From Octopus sinensis (taxonomy: Eukaryota), in NCBI RefSeq assembly GCF_006345805.1, contig NC_042998.1:176948001-177012000 (forward strand): a stretch of DNA of 64,000 bases, in the 5' to 3' direction. Each line of letters opens with the position of its first letter. Position 1 is the first letter of the stretch. Below, in pieces: positions 39,561 to 54,215 of the stretch. The notes below the pieces were generated by a model that was not told where the DNA came from, did no database searches, and worked only from the letters and a program-made list of their open reading frames with translations. The translations under genes were made by a program, and so were the position numbers.

Positions 39561-39930
39561 AAGTGGCTATATGGTTCCGGGTTCAGTCCCACTGCGTGGC
39601 ACCTTGGGTAAGTGTTTTCTACTATAGCCTCGGGCCTACCAAAGCCTTGTGAGTGGATTTGGTAGACGGAAACTGAAAGAAGCCCGTCGTATATATGTAT
39701 ATATATTTATATGCATGTATGTGTGTGTATATGTTTATGTGTCTGTATTTGTCCCCCCCCCCACCAATATCGCTTGGCAACCGATGCTGGTGTGTTTACG
39801 TCCCCGTATCTTAGCAGTTCGCCAAAAGAGACCGATAGAATAAGTCCCGGGGTCGATTTGCTCGACTAAAAGGCGGTGCTCCAGCATGGTCACGGTCAAA
39901 TGACTGAAACAAGTAAAAGAGAAAGAGTAA
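39561..39930 (+). mobile_element. SINE family A
   Basis: Core and tail motifs present. Confidence 0.82.
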
Positions 39931-40409
39931 AGAATATACATACATACATACATACATACATACATGCATGCATACATATATACATACATACATACATACA
40001 TACATGCATACATACATACATACACACATACATGCATACATACATACATACATACATACATACATACACTCGCATACATACATACACAAATACGCACATA
40101 CATCAGCCCATCGGATGTGAATGCCTTTTCTGATCGTAGGAAAAGGAAAATATCTATGGAGAACTGATGAGAGATCTAAAGCTCTTGCATTCACGTTACA
40201 GTTTTTCATTCGTTCTAATGATCACAAGTGCATTGCGCTACGTTTCTGCATAGATTCTGCATAGAAACCCTTGAAATTCTTGGTTTCTCCAAAAACGAAC
40301 AGATTCTACGGATACAATCAAAGCAACAGTAAAAATTTCTCAAGCATTTCAGGGGTTTTTCCTTTTGAGTTCTCTGGATGGAGATATGCTCAAACTACAT
40401 ATTCATAAG

Positions 40410-40442
<33 letters not shown>

Positions 40443-40660
40443 ACACACACCACACACACATTATATATACATACATATATATATATAATTATATATATAT
40501 ATATATATATAATATATATATATATATGTATATAATATACAACATATATATATATGTATACATACATATATATATATATATATACATGCATACATACATA
40601 CATACATCCATACATACATGCAGCATTATAATATATACACATACACACACACACACACAC

Positions 40661-40746
<86 letters not shown>

Positions 40747-40782
40747 TATATATATATATAATAACAGCATAATAACATAATA

Positions 40783-43700
40783 CAAGCATAATAACAGCAA
40801 ATATCCAGGGTCTTTATCCGAAAACAAAACAGTGTAAAGTCCCTTTCTTGGAAGAATTAGCAACAGAAAACAACTCCAAAATAATTGGAATTACTGAAAG
40901 TCATCTCAACGAAAACATCCGCAACAGCGAAATCATAATCAATAGATTCAACATCTTCAGATGTGATAGACAAGGCAGATCCCATGGGGGCGTTATCATG
41001 TATATCCATGATACCTATGCATGCATAGAACTTGTCAATGAATCAAATGCCTACTGCAACCTGCTGTGCATAAAAATCATCCAACTTAATACAGTTGTAA
41101 CAATAATGTACAGACCGCCAAACAGCCCAACATTATCCTTCACTGAGCCACTGACGAAGCTCCAACAAATTCTGGGAAACATGGCAAGTCAATGCCAGAC
41201 ATTATCCTCCTTGGTGACTTCAACTTCCCTAACATCATCTGGCCACATGGACACATACTAAAACTGGGGACAAAAGCTGAACAAATACAGGCAGCCAAAC
41301 TGTTGGAAGTCACAGAGAAATTATACCTCAAACAAATGATGACAGAAGCAACAAGAAATAATAATACGATCGACTTGGTTTTCACCAACAACGAGGACAC
41401 GCTATTTGACCTCACTCACCCCAAACAATCCTTTCAGACCACAATATTATTGAAATGCATTTACACATTGGTAATGAGCCCAATGCCACAACTCTTAAAC
41501 AAAAGGACATGCCAAAGCTATGCAGGTATGATTATCACCAGGCAAATTGGGAAACTTAACAACCAGTTACAAATCATTGACTGGGATCTCTACCTTACTG
41601 GGCCAGATAAACACAAGAAATTCTTAACAAGATCGAAGAAATATGTGAAAAAAAATGTTCCTCTAAAGAAAACCAAGTCCACAAAAAAACCTGTACACGG
41701 GAGCGAAAGATCCTGATGCGCAAAAGGTCAAGACTAAGAAACAAAACATCTAAGCTGACATCAAAACATGAATTACAGAAAGTCCTTGACAAATATACAG
41801 ATTAGAAGACAATCTAAAACAACACTATGATGAAGAACGTAGCAATGCAGAAAAGAAAGCCATAGAAAAACATCAAGAAAAATCCAAAATGTTTCTACAG
41901 TTTTGCAAAGAAATACTCGAACACCAAGTCAACAATAGGACCTCTCCAGAGACAAAATGGGGATGTAGTGAATAACCCTATTGAAATGGCAGAAATGTTG
42001 GGTCAACAGTATGAAAGTGTCTTCAGTGAGCCATCTAAAACCATGAAGATCCATGACCCAGGAAAATTCTTCAAGGATATCGACCATACTAAACCTACCC
42101 TATCCGACATTGATTTCAACCAGAAGACATAGCAAGAGCAATAGACAAGCTCTCCATGCACTCGCTGCGGGGCTGACGGTTTCAATGCCATGATACTTAA
42201 AAACTGCAAGGCACAATTGTCGAAACCCCTTTACATGATATGGAGGGAATCTATGGAGAATGGCAAAATACAAATACATATAAAGAAGCACAAATAACTC
42301 CAATACATAAAGGGGATAGCAAATCAAAACCAAAGAACTACCGACCAATCTCACTGACATCACACATTATCAAGGTCTTCGAAAGAATAGTTCGTGGAAA
42401 ACTGGTTGAGTTCCTGGAATCCAACAATCTGATGAATTGCAACCAGCATGGATTCAGGTTAGGTAGATCATGCCTTTCCCAACTACTGGCCACACCATGA
42501 CCAAATCCTAGAAAATCTAGAGAATGGATACAACACAGATGTATCTACCTCGACTTTGCCAAGGCATTTGACAAGGTAGATCATGGCATCCTGGGTCACA
42601 AACTTCGAAAGCTAGGAGTAGGAGGAAAAGTTGGTACATGGATAAACGAGTTCCTTACAAATAGAACTCAAACAGTCACTGTGAATGGAACCCATTCAAC
42701 ACCATCACCTGTGACCAGCAGTGTTCCTCAGGGTACAGTACTCGGCCCAATCCTGTTTCTCATCCTCATCTCTGACATAGATGAAGATACAACCAGCAAC
42801 GTCTCATCCTTTGCTGATGACACCAGGGTCATGAGACAAATCAAAGACGAGGTGGATACAGAGGCCTTACAAAAGGACCTGACCACCATATATAAATGGC
42901 AGGAAACAAACAACATGTTGTTCAATGATAAGAAGTTTGAACTAATTCGCTACGGAACAGATCAAGATCTGAAAAATACAACAAACTACAGAACCCATCA
43001 GGACAACAAATAATGGAAAAACAGTATGTGAAAGATTTAGGCATCCACATGGGAACAACCTAAACTTCAGAGAACACCTTGACTCAGTCTGTCTTACTGC
43101 AAGAAAGTACAGCGGGTGGATCTTGCGCACCTTCAAATCAAGAGATACCTCAACAATGAAAACCCTCTGGAACAGTTATGATACTCCGAGGATTGACTAC
43201 TGTTCTCAGTTGTGGTCACCAACAACAAAGGGCCAACTATCTAAGATAGAATCGCTCCAAAGAAATTTTACCTCATACTTCTCAGAAACGAGGGACCTGG
43301 ACTATTGGCAAAGACTCAAAACCTTGAGGATGTACTCAATAGAAAGAAGATTTGAGCGATACCGAATTATATACATTTGGAAAATGATAGAGCAGAAGGT
43401 GCCACACTTTGGTATCAAAACCTACCACTCACTGCGCCACGGAAGACGCTGCCAGCTGCCACCAATCAACAAAAGGCTGGCCAGGCAGCAAAAACCTGCG
43501 AGAATCAAGTCTGTTGGTTCGAGGAGCACAACTGTTCAACTCCATTCCGTATATGTCAGAAATCTATCAGGATGCAGTGTGGAATCATTCAAATTGCAAC
43601 TGGATAGATACTTAAGCACCATTAGAGATGAACCCCATCTCCCAGGATATACACAACGAGCACAAACTGACTCAAACTCGCTCCTACACATGTCAAATTT

Positions 43701-43808
43701 AAGCAGAGAATACAACCTGGCAACCACCACCAGACTCTGAGGGGAGTCTTCGACTTGGCCTGAGCATGGACTCAAACCCAAATGAAATGAAATGAAATGA
43801 AATGAAAT
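40783..43808 (+). mobile_element. CR1-group LINE with near-complete frameshifted ORF2 (APE + RT) and (ATGAA)n tail
   Basis: ANIQGL, ITESHL, GDFN, NYRPISLTS, QHGF, LDFAKAFDKV, VPQGTVLGP, FADD and YCSQLWSP motifs. Confidence 0.95.
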
Positions 43809-44494
43809 ATATATATACATACATACATACATGCATTCATGCATACATACATACAAAAAAATTGGTGTCGGTTATCTAAAAATAAGACATTTTATCACAA
43901 GACGCACTCCGTACTACTCGAACGTAGGTACGATATTCAGTATTCACTGTTCAACTACCGACTGTTCAACTAACACAGGTCGAACTAACACGGTAAACTA
44001 CCCGCCTGACAGTTCACTCAGTTCTTATTTATTGCAATCGGGTAGTCCACCTTAAGTCACATGAAGGTGTTCAGGATTCTCCCATAACAGTACCACTACA
44101 GAAATGTGTTTTCCTCTTCTTAGTACGTATCAGTCTCGTTCTGCTGGAGATAAGGTGGAGCGATTACTTTGCTGACGAAGCATTTTCAGAAGGAAATATG
44201 ACCCAGTACTATCCTCACGTCGCCCGACAATCAGGCTATTTTTTTTTTTCCATAATGACATGCCAGTTTTGAAGACATCTTGTTCTTTTGAGATTATCTC
44301 CTCTTGTCAATTTAGAGTTTGTCCCAACCGCCCTCAGCAATTGTTCTACCTTCTCCAGAAGCAGAGGTAATTTTTACAAATCAAAAATCTTTCTACTATG
44401 ATATTTAATATATATCATTATTATTAATCTTTTTAGTTCAAGTACACGCCACTGGACACTGAGTTATTTCTCTCACCTCATTTTCGTTTCCCGT

Positions 44495-44543
<49 letters not shown>

Positions 44544-44547
44544 TATA

Positions 44548-44594
<47 letters not shown>

Positions 44595-44596
<2 letters not shown>

Positions 44597-45511
44597 ACTA
44601 AGAAAGGAATGTTCTCAAGAAAATGTTAGCAAACGCCAGAACATAAGCGAGGAAGACAAATGAAAAGAAACAAAATATAGATTAATCACAAATTAATTTC
44701 GCTATTATCACTTACGTAATTACTCATGTAGTTGTCCGTAATTCATCAGTGTGATCGTCTTTGCAAATATAATTTGCAGAACTATACACGAGACGTCCGC
44801 ATGAGATTGAACATGTATACAGTTTTACCAATTACACTTAGGGTTATCTTTCAAAAGTTTGCGTTTTGGCGCGCTAAAATACCGGAAATAAATCTACAGA
44901 AAATTTCTGCAGTAAATTTTGCCGGTTAGCGAACATACTTATTTAAATTTAAATATAAAATAATGTGAGTGAAAAATTGAATATTAATTTGATTAATATC
45001 AATTCAAAACCAGTGGTCTAGCATATTAAAATCTGAAGATACAGAACAAAGCAATTACGTAAGTGATAATAGCGAAACTAGTTTGTGATTAATCTATATT
45101 TTGTTTTTTGTCATTTGACTTGCTCGCTTACGTTCTGGCGTTTGCTAAAATTTTCTTGAGAACATTCCTTTCTTAGTGGTAAGACCAAGCGGATCTAGTT
45201 TTAGCTTAATGGATGTCCACGTAGTGGTCATCCCTCTTATATGTATATAATATAATTTTTCTGAATCTTCAGATTTTAATATGCTAGACCACTGGTTTTG
45301 AATTGATATTAATCAAATTAATATTCAATTTTTCACCCATATCATTTTAAATTAAAATTTAAATAACTATGTTCTCTAACCGGCAAAATTCACTGCTGAA
45401 ATTTATTTTCTGCTGATTTATTTCCGGTATTTTAGCGCGCCAAAACGAGGATTTTGAAAGGTAACCCCAAGTGTAATTGGTAGAACTGTATACATGTTCA
45501 ATCTCATGCGG
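44595..45511. repeat. Interleaved inverted repeats A-B-A'-B'
   Basis: 44595-44722 mirrors 45053-45180; 44797-45050 mirrors 45257-45511. Confidence 0.88.
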
Positions 45512-45642
45512 GCTTCTTTCAATTTCCGTCTACCAAATCCACCCAGAAGGCTTTGGTTGGCCCGAGGCTATAGTAGAAGAAACTTGCTCAACGCAGTGCG
45601 ACTGAATCCGGATCCTTGTGGTTGGTAAGCTAGCTACTTACT
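45508..45642 (-). mobile_element. SINE family A fragment
   Basis: Core motif present. Confidence 0.7.
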
Positions 45643-45901
45643 GATTTGGTTTGCAAGATTCTTTATGTGAATTCGTATGTTAAAGCGTATTTTATTGTCT
45701 GGGGAGCGTCATTCTGTTTTAATGCCGTATTAAATAACTCACTCACCCGTTGGATTTCCACTCGTTTAATTTTTTCTAAAATTCTCCTTGCTGCTTGCTC
45801 CTTATTCAATGAAGTGAGTGCAAGAACTTGCAAGAAGCAACGAAAACTTTAGACAATTATATATATTTTTTTCCCTTCTTTGGATCTTTCCTTTTCCTAT
45901 G

Positions 45902-45934
45902 TTTCTGAAGAAGAGCTCCGCTCGAAACGTTAAA
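45902..45934 (+). ncRNA. Minimal hammerhead-ribozyme-like motif within a (TA)n-flanked element (45866-46036)
   Basis: UUU-CUGAAGA-A-GAGC-UCC-GCUC-GAAACGU-U-AAA: intact core, stem II, palindromic ACGU in place of stem III, and a short stem I. Confidence 0.6.
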
Positions 45935-46032
45935 TCCTCCTTCTTTCCTGTTTTCCTGAGCGTCCAATAATACTATACTTGTTCCAAGTCCTCGCGTTGT
46001 TGTGTTTTCTCTTTGTGAATTCATGCTTGGAT

Positions 46033-46091
<59 letters not shown>

Positions 46092-46095
<4 letters not shown>

Positions 46096-46890
46096 TTTGA
46101 TACTTTGATACTTTGATACTTTGATAGATTTCGGCCATTATTGGCCCAGGCCATGTCTAACTTAATAGCACCACCTGGTGAAGTCTTTCAAGTCAGAATT
46201 TGGGCACTATGGCCCACTCAAGTAGAGAGTTATTGTTTACAGAGACATATCGGGTGTAGGGGGTTTATCCGGGATTTCTTGAAGGAATCTGTCCAAAGAC
46301 TTCTTGAACCCTATAGGGTCAGTTTCTGTTTTAATGTGTTTTGGTGTAATGTTAAAGAGAGCGGGGCCAATTGAGGTGAAATAATTGTGCCGTGTTGTTG
46401 TTATGAGATGAGAGTGCGATTTTTGTTTTGGCCGGATGGCACGGGGCCCAAGCCTTGGATGTACCTTAAAGGTGATGTCAACATCATTTGGGCAATGCTG
46501 ATGGAATATTTTCCACATCATGCAGATGATGTAGCGCTCACGACGACGTTGGAGAGAATAGAGTTTTAGCTTTTCTAGTCGACCCCAATAGTCGAGGCCT
46601 GTCATGCCATCTATCTTTTTTGTGATTGCCCTTTGAGGTGCTTCAACTTTTATGATACCTTGTATTGTGTGGGGAGACCACAGTGGACAACAGTATTCAA
46701 GGTGGGGTCGGGCAAAAGTGGAGAAGAGAAGGATAATGGTGTGGATATCTCTCGACTGGAAAGTTCTGAGAATCCAGGAACACATTCTGCGGGCCATGTC
46801 AACTTTGGTGTTTATATGAGTGGCCCAGCTTATGTTGTTGTCCACAATTACTCCCAGGTCTCTGATGTTGTTGGACGCCGCGAGAGTTTC
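46092..46890 (-). mobile_element. CR1-group LINE 3' fragment with (ATCAAAGT)n tail
   Basis: RDLGVIVD..ARPHLEYCCPLWSP..LYSLQRRRERY; 8-bp tail repeat. Confidence 0.92.
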
Positions 46891-46904
46891 ACCTATAAAT
46901 ATAT

Positions 46905-47087
46905 AGGGGAGAATTCATGAAAAAAGCCAAAAGACGAAGACAGGTGGTGTAGAAAACGAACAGATGTATTAGTATATCGCTCAGGAATTGAAAATGTCTT
47001 TTACGTTTCGAGCCTATGCTCTTACATAGAAAGGAAGACAGAAAAAAAGAAGGAGAGAAAAAAAGTGTGTAGTGTCTACCGATCTAA
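46905..47087 (-). mobile_element. Second copy of the 28463 element
   Basis: Colinear similarity; the hammerhead-like core has decayed. Confidence 0.65.
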
Positions 47088-47119
47088 TATATAATATATA
47101 ACACACACAAATATTTTTA

Positions 47120-47625
47120 CAAACATGCATACATACACACAAGCATACAAACAAACATGCGTACAAACATGAATACATACGTACATACATAATTACATGC
47201 ATGCATACATCCATACATACATGCATTGATACATACAAACGTTCATACAAACAAGCATACATGCATGCATGCGTACATAATACATACATACATACATACA
47301 TACATACTTGCATGCATGCATACATAATACATACATACATACATACATACATGCATGCATGCATACATACATACACACATACATGCATACATGCATGCAT
47401 GCATACATGCATGCATGCATACATACATACATACATACATACATACATACATACATACATACATACATGCATGCATGCATGCATGCATGCATACATACAT
47501 ACATACATACACATACATACATACATACATACATACATGCATGCATGCATGCATACATACATACATACATACATACATACATACATACATACATACATAC
47601 ATACATGCAGACGTACATACGTACA
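47120..47625. repeat. (CATA/CATG)n microsatellite
   Basis: Direct inspection. Confidence 0.95.
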
Positions 47626-48084
47626 CTTAATTGTGGAAGTATTTGTAGATGCAAATGCAATTTTGAAATTCTGTTTGATATTTGTAAAGTTTCCTACACA
47701 TGTCTTAGCAGTCTTAATTTTATCTTGTGACATTCCTTGAACGTACAACAAAATATATATTTGATTGCAGGCGTGCATTATGCTTATATGCATATATATG
47801 TTTGCATACGTGTTTGACTGAGAAAGAGAAAGCGATGAAGAGAGAGAGGAAGAAAGAGGGAATGTGTGTGTGTATGTGTGTGTGTGTGTGTGTAAGAATG
47901 GGTGAGTGGAGTAAGAACATTTTTCTATGTGTATCTGTATTTTTGTGATCTTTTCTACTGCTTTTATTTTATTTTTTTCGCAGTTTACTGCTATCTCAAA
48001 GACTTCCACCATTTGGGAAGAGGAAAACAGCAACAACAACAACAACAACAGCAAAAACAGTACTGAGACAAGTATCAGGAACAC

Positions 48085-48600
48085 GAAGGTGGTGACAGTA
48101 GTAGTGGTGGTGGTGGTGGTGGTGGTAAAGGAGGTGATGATAGCGGTGGTGGTGGAAATGATGGGGATGCTAGTGGTGGTGGTGGTGGTGGTAGTGGTGA
48201 GGGGAGATGTTGGGGGTGGTAATAGCTATCGTGGTGGCTGTGGTGGTGTTGGTGGTGGCGATGGTAGTGGTGGTGGTGGTGGTGGTGATGGTGGTGAGGG
48301 GAAATGTTGGGGACGGTAATAGTTATCGTGGTGGCCGTGGTGGTGTTGGTGGTGGCGATGGTAGTGGTGGTGGTGATGGTGGTGGTGGTGGTGATGGTGG
48401 TGGTGGTGGTGGTGGTGGTGGTGGTGATGGTGGTGAGGGGAAATGTTGGGGACGGTAATAGTTATCGTGGTGGCCGTGGTGGTGTTGGTGGTGGCGATGG
48501 TAGTGGTGGTGGTGGTGGTGGTGGTGATGGTGGTGGTGGTGAGGGGAGATGTTGGGGATGGTAATAGTTACCTTGGTCGCTGTGGTGGTAGTAGTGGTGC
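48085..48600. repeat. (GGT)n array with 4 higher-order units
   Basis: GAGGGGARATGTTGGGG..GGTAATAG recurs at about 48199, 48296, 48435 and 48541. Confidence 0.85.
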
Positions 48601-49206
48601 TGACGATGATGATGATGGTGATAGCATTTTGTATAGTTGTTATCCATTAAGCATTAGATCAGACCAGATTGAGGCCGACATATGCTCAATGGCACACCAG
48701 CCGTGACCATCCTACCATTTTTCGTTGTCCAAGAAGCACAAGACCACATTTACCCAAACTTTTCTGTCTAAAGTGGTGGAATCTGATTTGAGGGATATTT
48801 GACTGTTATTTCAACATGTTGAGCAACCACGTCGAGGTTTCCTCATTGACACGTCTGGTGTTTATTGTTGATGTTGTTGTTGGTGGTGGTGTTGATTGAG
48901 GCGATGGTGGTAATGGTGATGGTGGTAGTGATGGTGATGGTCGTGATGGTGGTGGTGTTGGAGGTGCTCTTGTTGTTGTTGGTGATGATCGTGATGGTGG
49001 TGGTGGTAGTGGTGTGGTGGTGGTGGTAGCGTAGTGGTGGTGCTGCTGGTTGTGGTGGAGGTGATGGTGGTGGTAACGATCGTGATAGTAATGGTGGTGG
49101 CAGTGGTTGATTAGTATCGATGTTGGTAACGACAGCCATGGTGATGTTGTTGTTGTTGTTGTTAGTGGTGGTAGTGTAATGATAATGAGCATGTTGTTGT
49201 TTGTAG

Positions 49207-49250
<44 letters not shown>

Positions 49251-49510
49251 GTGGTGATAATAGTGATGGTGGTGGTGGTGGTGGTGGTGGTGAGATGATG
49301 GTGCTTATTATTGGTAGCGGTGGCGGCTGAAGGTAGTTTTGGTGGTTATTACGGTGCTAACGATGTTGATGGTAACGTTGTTGTTGATATTGGTGATGCT
49401 GACGATGCTAATGATGGTTGGTGTTGGTGTTGGTGTTGGTGTTGTTGGTGGTGATGGCGATAGTTGTTGGTATTACAAATGCAAATAAAATAAATTTGCA
49501 TTTGTTCTAC

Positions 49511-49600
49511 CTTCGACGGAGTTTGGAATAGCAAATGAAGACGAGGATCAATGCGAAAGGGCGCATTGACCTGCCGTAACAGCTGGCGCACATTGACCAT
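49511..49600 (-). CDS. Putative first coding exon (exon 49679-49511), MVNVRQLLRQVNAPFRIDPRLHLLFQTPSK
   Basis: Unique-sequence island with acceptor CTTCCTTCTGCTTTCAG, Kozak ACAACATGG and donor AAG|GTAGAA in phase 0. Protein not recognised. Confidence 0.45.
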
Positions 49601-50682
49601 GTTGTAAGTGCAGGTAACCGTTCATACTGACATTGGAATACATACAGCTAGTGTTAGGCTGACTCCAGAGACTGCAAGCCTGAAAGCAGAAGGAAGAGCG
49701 AGTGAGCGAGCGAGCGAGCGAGTGAACGACAGGGTGAGTATGACGTAGAGTTAGCTTGGAGAACGACGAGTGTGGTGTGTGAATAGAAGGAAAGAGAGAA
49801 AGAGACGGAGAGTGGCAGAGAGAGTGGGAGAGAGAGTTTGTGTGTGAGAGAGAGAGAGAGTGTGTGTTTGTGAGAGAAAGTGTTTGTGAGAGAGAGTCAG
49901 AGAAATAGAAGCAGAGAGAGTGCGCAGACTAGGAGAGAAAGCAGAGTGTTGTTGTGTGATAAATATAGATAGATAGATAGTGAAAGGTGGGGAGAGTGAA
50001 AGGGTGATAGGATGAACTGTGTGTGTTTTGGGGGACGTGTGTCTGTATGTGTCTGACTGGGAGAAACATTAAATGATTAAGTCTGCGATGGTGTGACTGC
50101 AGATGTGTTTATAGCTGTGTGTTTTGAGCAAGCTGTGAGTGCGACAGAAAGGGTAGAGTTGATATGTAAATGACATAGAGGGAATTACTGAGACGAAGGG
50201 GGAAGGGAGTGAGACAGATAGAGAGAGAGAGAGGGAGAGAGAAAGAGAGAGAGAGAGATGACGCGTATGTGCGCATGTGTGTATGTGTATGTCTATGACT
50301 ACGTGAGGGACCGAGAGTGTGAGTATGAGTGAATCGTTTGATAGTGTGTACGTGAATACGTGTACCTGAGTTTGTGTCAAGAGAGCGTGAGAGAAAGAGT
50401 GGGAGCCAGCGAAGTGAGAGAGAGAGAGAGAGAGAGAAAGGGGGGGAAGAAAGAGAGATGACAAGAGAAGTAGCGTGAATTTATGTTGAAGGATGTAAGT
50501 GGCGGTGAGGGAGATAGGTGTGTGTGTGTGTGTGTGTGAGTGAGTAAGTGTCTGTGTGTGTGTGTGTATGTAAGAAATAGTAGGAAGGATGTGTGCGTGT
50601 AATATGTATGTGTATGAGTGAGACAAAGAAAAGTGTATGGAGATGCAAATGGAAACAGACAATAGAGAGGCAGACGAACAGG

Positions 50683-50738
<56 letters not shown>

Positions 50739-50748
50739 CAGGCAGATC

Positions 50749-50802
<54 letters not shown>

Positions 50803-50837
50803 CAGGCAGATCGATAGATAGATAGATAGATAGGTAC

Positions 50838-50934
<97 letters not shown>

Positions 50935-51015
50935 CAGGCAGATCGATAGATAGATAGATAGATAGGTACATAGATAGATAGATAGATAGATACATAGATA
51001 GATAGATAGATAGAT
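50683..51015. repeat. (GATA)n with a repeated GACAGGCAGATC interruption
   Basis: Direct inspection. Confidence 0.92.
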
Positions 51016-51985
51016 AAGGGAAAGAGAAATGGCAGTACACAGCAGCAGAAGTAGTCGTAGCAGTATTAACAGCAGCAGTAGTTAACAGTAGTATCAGCAG
51101 TAACAGATAGCAGCAGCAGCAGCTTTGTTCGCGTACGCAGTGTTGTGTGTGTGTGTGTGTTTCTCTCACTTTGTGTGTGTGTGCGTGCGTGTGTGTCTGT
51201 GTGTGTGTGTGTATGTGTGTGTGTGTCTGTGTGTGTGTTAGTGTGCCAAGAAAATCTCCAACTCCAGTCTTGAGTCACCGAATATTCATGTCTAGTTTGA
51301 AAAGCAGAAGCTAGTCTGCCTTCTGCTTTCTCTGTCTATATTAAATATTACATCTCTCTCTCTCACACACACACACTCTCCCTCTCCCTCTTTCACACAC
51401 ACATACTCTCTCTCTCTCTCCCTCCCTATCTGCACCACCTTCCTCCTTCCTGTTATGCTTATGAACCTCGTCTTGCAGTAAACCTTAATTCTATGAATAT
51501 ATAAAGTAGGGAAATATTGATTCTGTGTAGGGACCACATCATTCCTAGCTGAAGGGACACCATTCTTTGTGTTTGGAATTCCTGTCGAAGTTTATTCTAC
51601 ATTAATTTTGTTGTTGTTGTTTTTTATTTATTCTCACTGTTGTTTGATTTGTTATTGTTGTTTTTAATTCACTTCATTGTAAATAAAGAAATCATTATTA
51701 ATGTTGAAATTATCGTTGTTGTTGCTGATGCTGTTCCTACTATAATTATTTATTTTCTGTAATACTTTCTCTTACGACAAATAACTCAAAAAGTGATGCA
51801 GAACCCCCCACCTCCCACCGCCTTCTCACTCCTTTTCCTTTGTTCTTTCTTTCTTTCTCTCTTGTTACCTTTCTTTTTTATTCTCTTTCTTGTTCTTACT
51901 TACGTTCTTTCTCTCTTTCTTGTTTGTTTATTTCTTTTTTCTTTCTGATTGTCTATTTGTCTGTCTCTTTCCCTCTCTCCCTCCC

Positions 51986-52029
<44 letters not shown>

Positions 52030-52182
52030 GTCTCCCTGTTCCCTCATCCCATCTTCTGTTCCTCATTCTCCCTGATCCCTTCTCTCTCATTTATTCCATC
52101 TCTATCTTTTTCACGGAATATTTTTCTCATCCTCTACCCGACACTCATATAACACACGTTGTCTATCTGTCTGTCTGTCTGC

Positions 52183-52320
<138 letters not shown>

Positions 52321-52420
52321 GTCTGTCTCTGTCTCTTTTCCACTGCTCCCATCACTCAGGCAATCACTCACTCCGTCTCTTTGTCTCCCACTGCTCTCTC
52401 AGGCTTTCTTTTTCTCTTTC

Positions 52421-52481
<61 letters not shown>

Positions 52482-53809
52482 TTGTCTGTCTGTCTGTCTG
52501 TCTGTCTCACTTTTCTCCAGTCTTTCACTTTGTCTCGTGTTCTCTGATTTACATCTCAGGTAATCATTGGTGTAGGAGGGAACTTCGGTCTGTTTGGCTG
52601 GAGAGTTAAAAATAAATCGATGACTCATTGCTACCATTACGAAGACTCGATCACATGAACACGGGAGACAAAACTACACGCGCGCGCACACAGACACACA
52701 GACACACACACACACACACACGCGCACAAACGCGCACACATACATATGAATGTATATAAACATATATATGAACGTATGTATATGCATAACTACATGCATA
52801 AATGTATGTATTTATATTGTAAATGCGTGCATATCATAATGTGTGTGTCTGTATATGTATATATACACACACACATAATGTATGTATTAGGTATGCACAC
52901 ACACACGCGCGCGCGCACAGACGCGTACGCGCGCATGCACGCACGCGCACACATGCACGCACTTCGTTACTAGAAACAATTGACTTGAAATTGCTAAAGC
53001 GTTCTGGATGAATGTAGAAACATCACATATAAAAGTGAAATAACAGTGGAAAGTGCTGCATTTACGTGTGTGTGTGTGTGTGCATGGGTATATGCAAGAG
53101 GGTATATATGTTTACATGGGTATGTGTGCAAGTGTAGACGGATAGATTATGTTCTTGTGACTTTTATATTGGATATTTTCGTGTATCTTGCATAAATTAT
53201 GATAATTATACACTGCCCATATTTCTCCGCCCCTTTTCAATACTTATCTAAATAAATTATTCAAGTGTCTACACACACAAAAAAAAGCAAATAAATGTAT
53301 AAATAAAATAAAAGTAGCTCAGTGTGGTTTCTGAAAAGACAAGATTTAAAGAGGCTGATATGATATAACATTGGATTTCAATATTTCAATGCATTTAATT
53401 CAGTTACTCGACTCTTCTAAGTTCGAATCTCGACAGAATTGGATCAGTGTGTTTACTTCGATACATTAAATAGATTGTGGAAGAGTCAGTCGTCACTCGC
53501 AAGCGAATATGACTTGGTATCACATGCCACTAACTGTTTTTGCGGGAGGTGGGTGGAGAGGACTCGAAAAATTCACTTGCTCAAGGTGCCATGCTGTGGG
53601 ACTGAACTCAGAACCGTGTGGTTGGGAAGAAAATCCATTTTCTTAGGGAAAAAATCGGATCATGTGAATTGTCCTGGTCCTCTCCTCCGACCCCGTTCGC
53701 CAGCGCGCATTTTTTTCATATTCGTATACTACATGTTTTTTTTTTTTGCTCGGTTCAAACACTGGAGTTTGACCGTCAATTTTTCTTCCTAAGATTATTT
53801 ATATAGACA

Positions 53810-54215
53810 CAGCCATGACGTGGTGGTTAAGAAGCCGGCTTTGAATCACGTAGTTTCGCCTTCAGTCCCACTGCACAGCACCTTGGGCAAATGTCTTCTA
53901 TTGTGGCTCCAGGTTGAACAATACCTTATTAGTGAATTTGGATTTGGTCGATGGAAACTATGCGGAAGCCCAACGTGCGTGTGTGTGTGTGTGTGTGTTT
54001 ATGCGTGTACGTTTGTGCTTGTGTCTGTTTGTATCCCCAGCCACCACTTGACCAACGATTTGGGTTTGTTTAAGCCCTCATAATTTGGCGATTCTGCAAA
54101 AGAAACCAGTAGAAGAAGCACCAGACTTAAAGCAAAAATAAGTCCTGGGCTCGATTTGTTTGACTAAACCCTTGAAGGTGATGCTTCATCATGGCCGCAG
54201 CCCAATGACCGAGTG
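53810..54215 (+). mobile_element. SINE family A, diverged
   Basis: Head, (TG)n and tail motifs. Confidence 0.7.

Noticed and set aside
40162-40190. CTGATGA-GAG..CTC motif
   Set aside because: No GAAA follows the stem.
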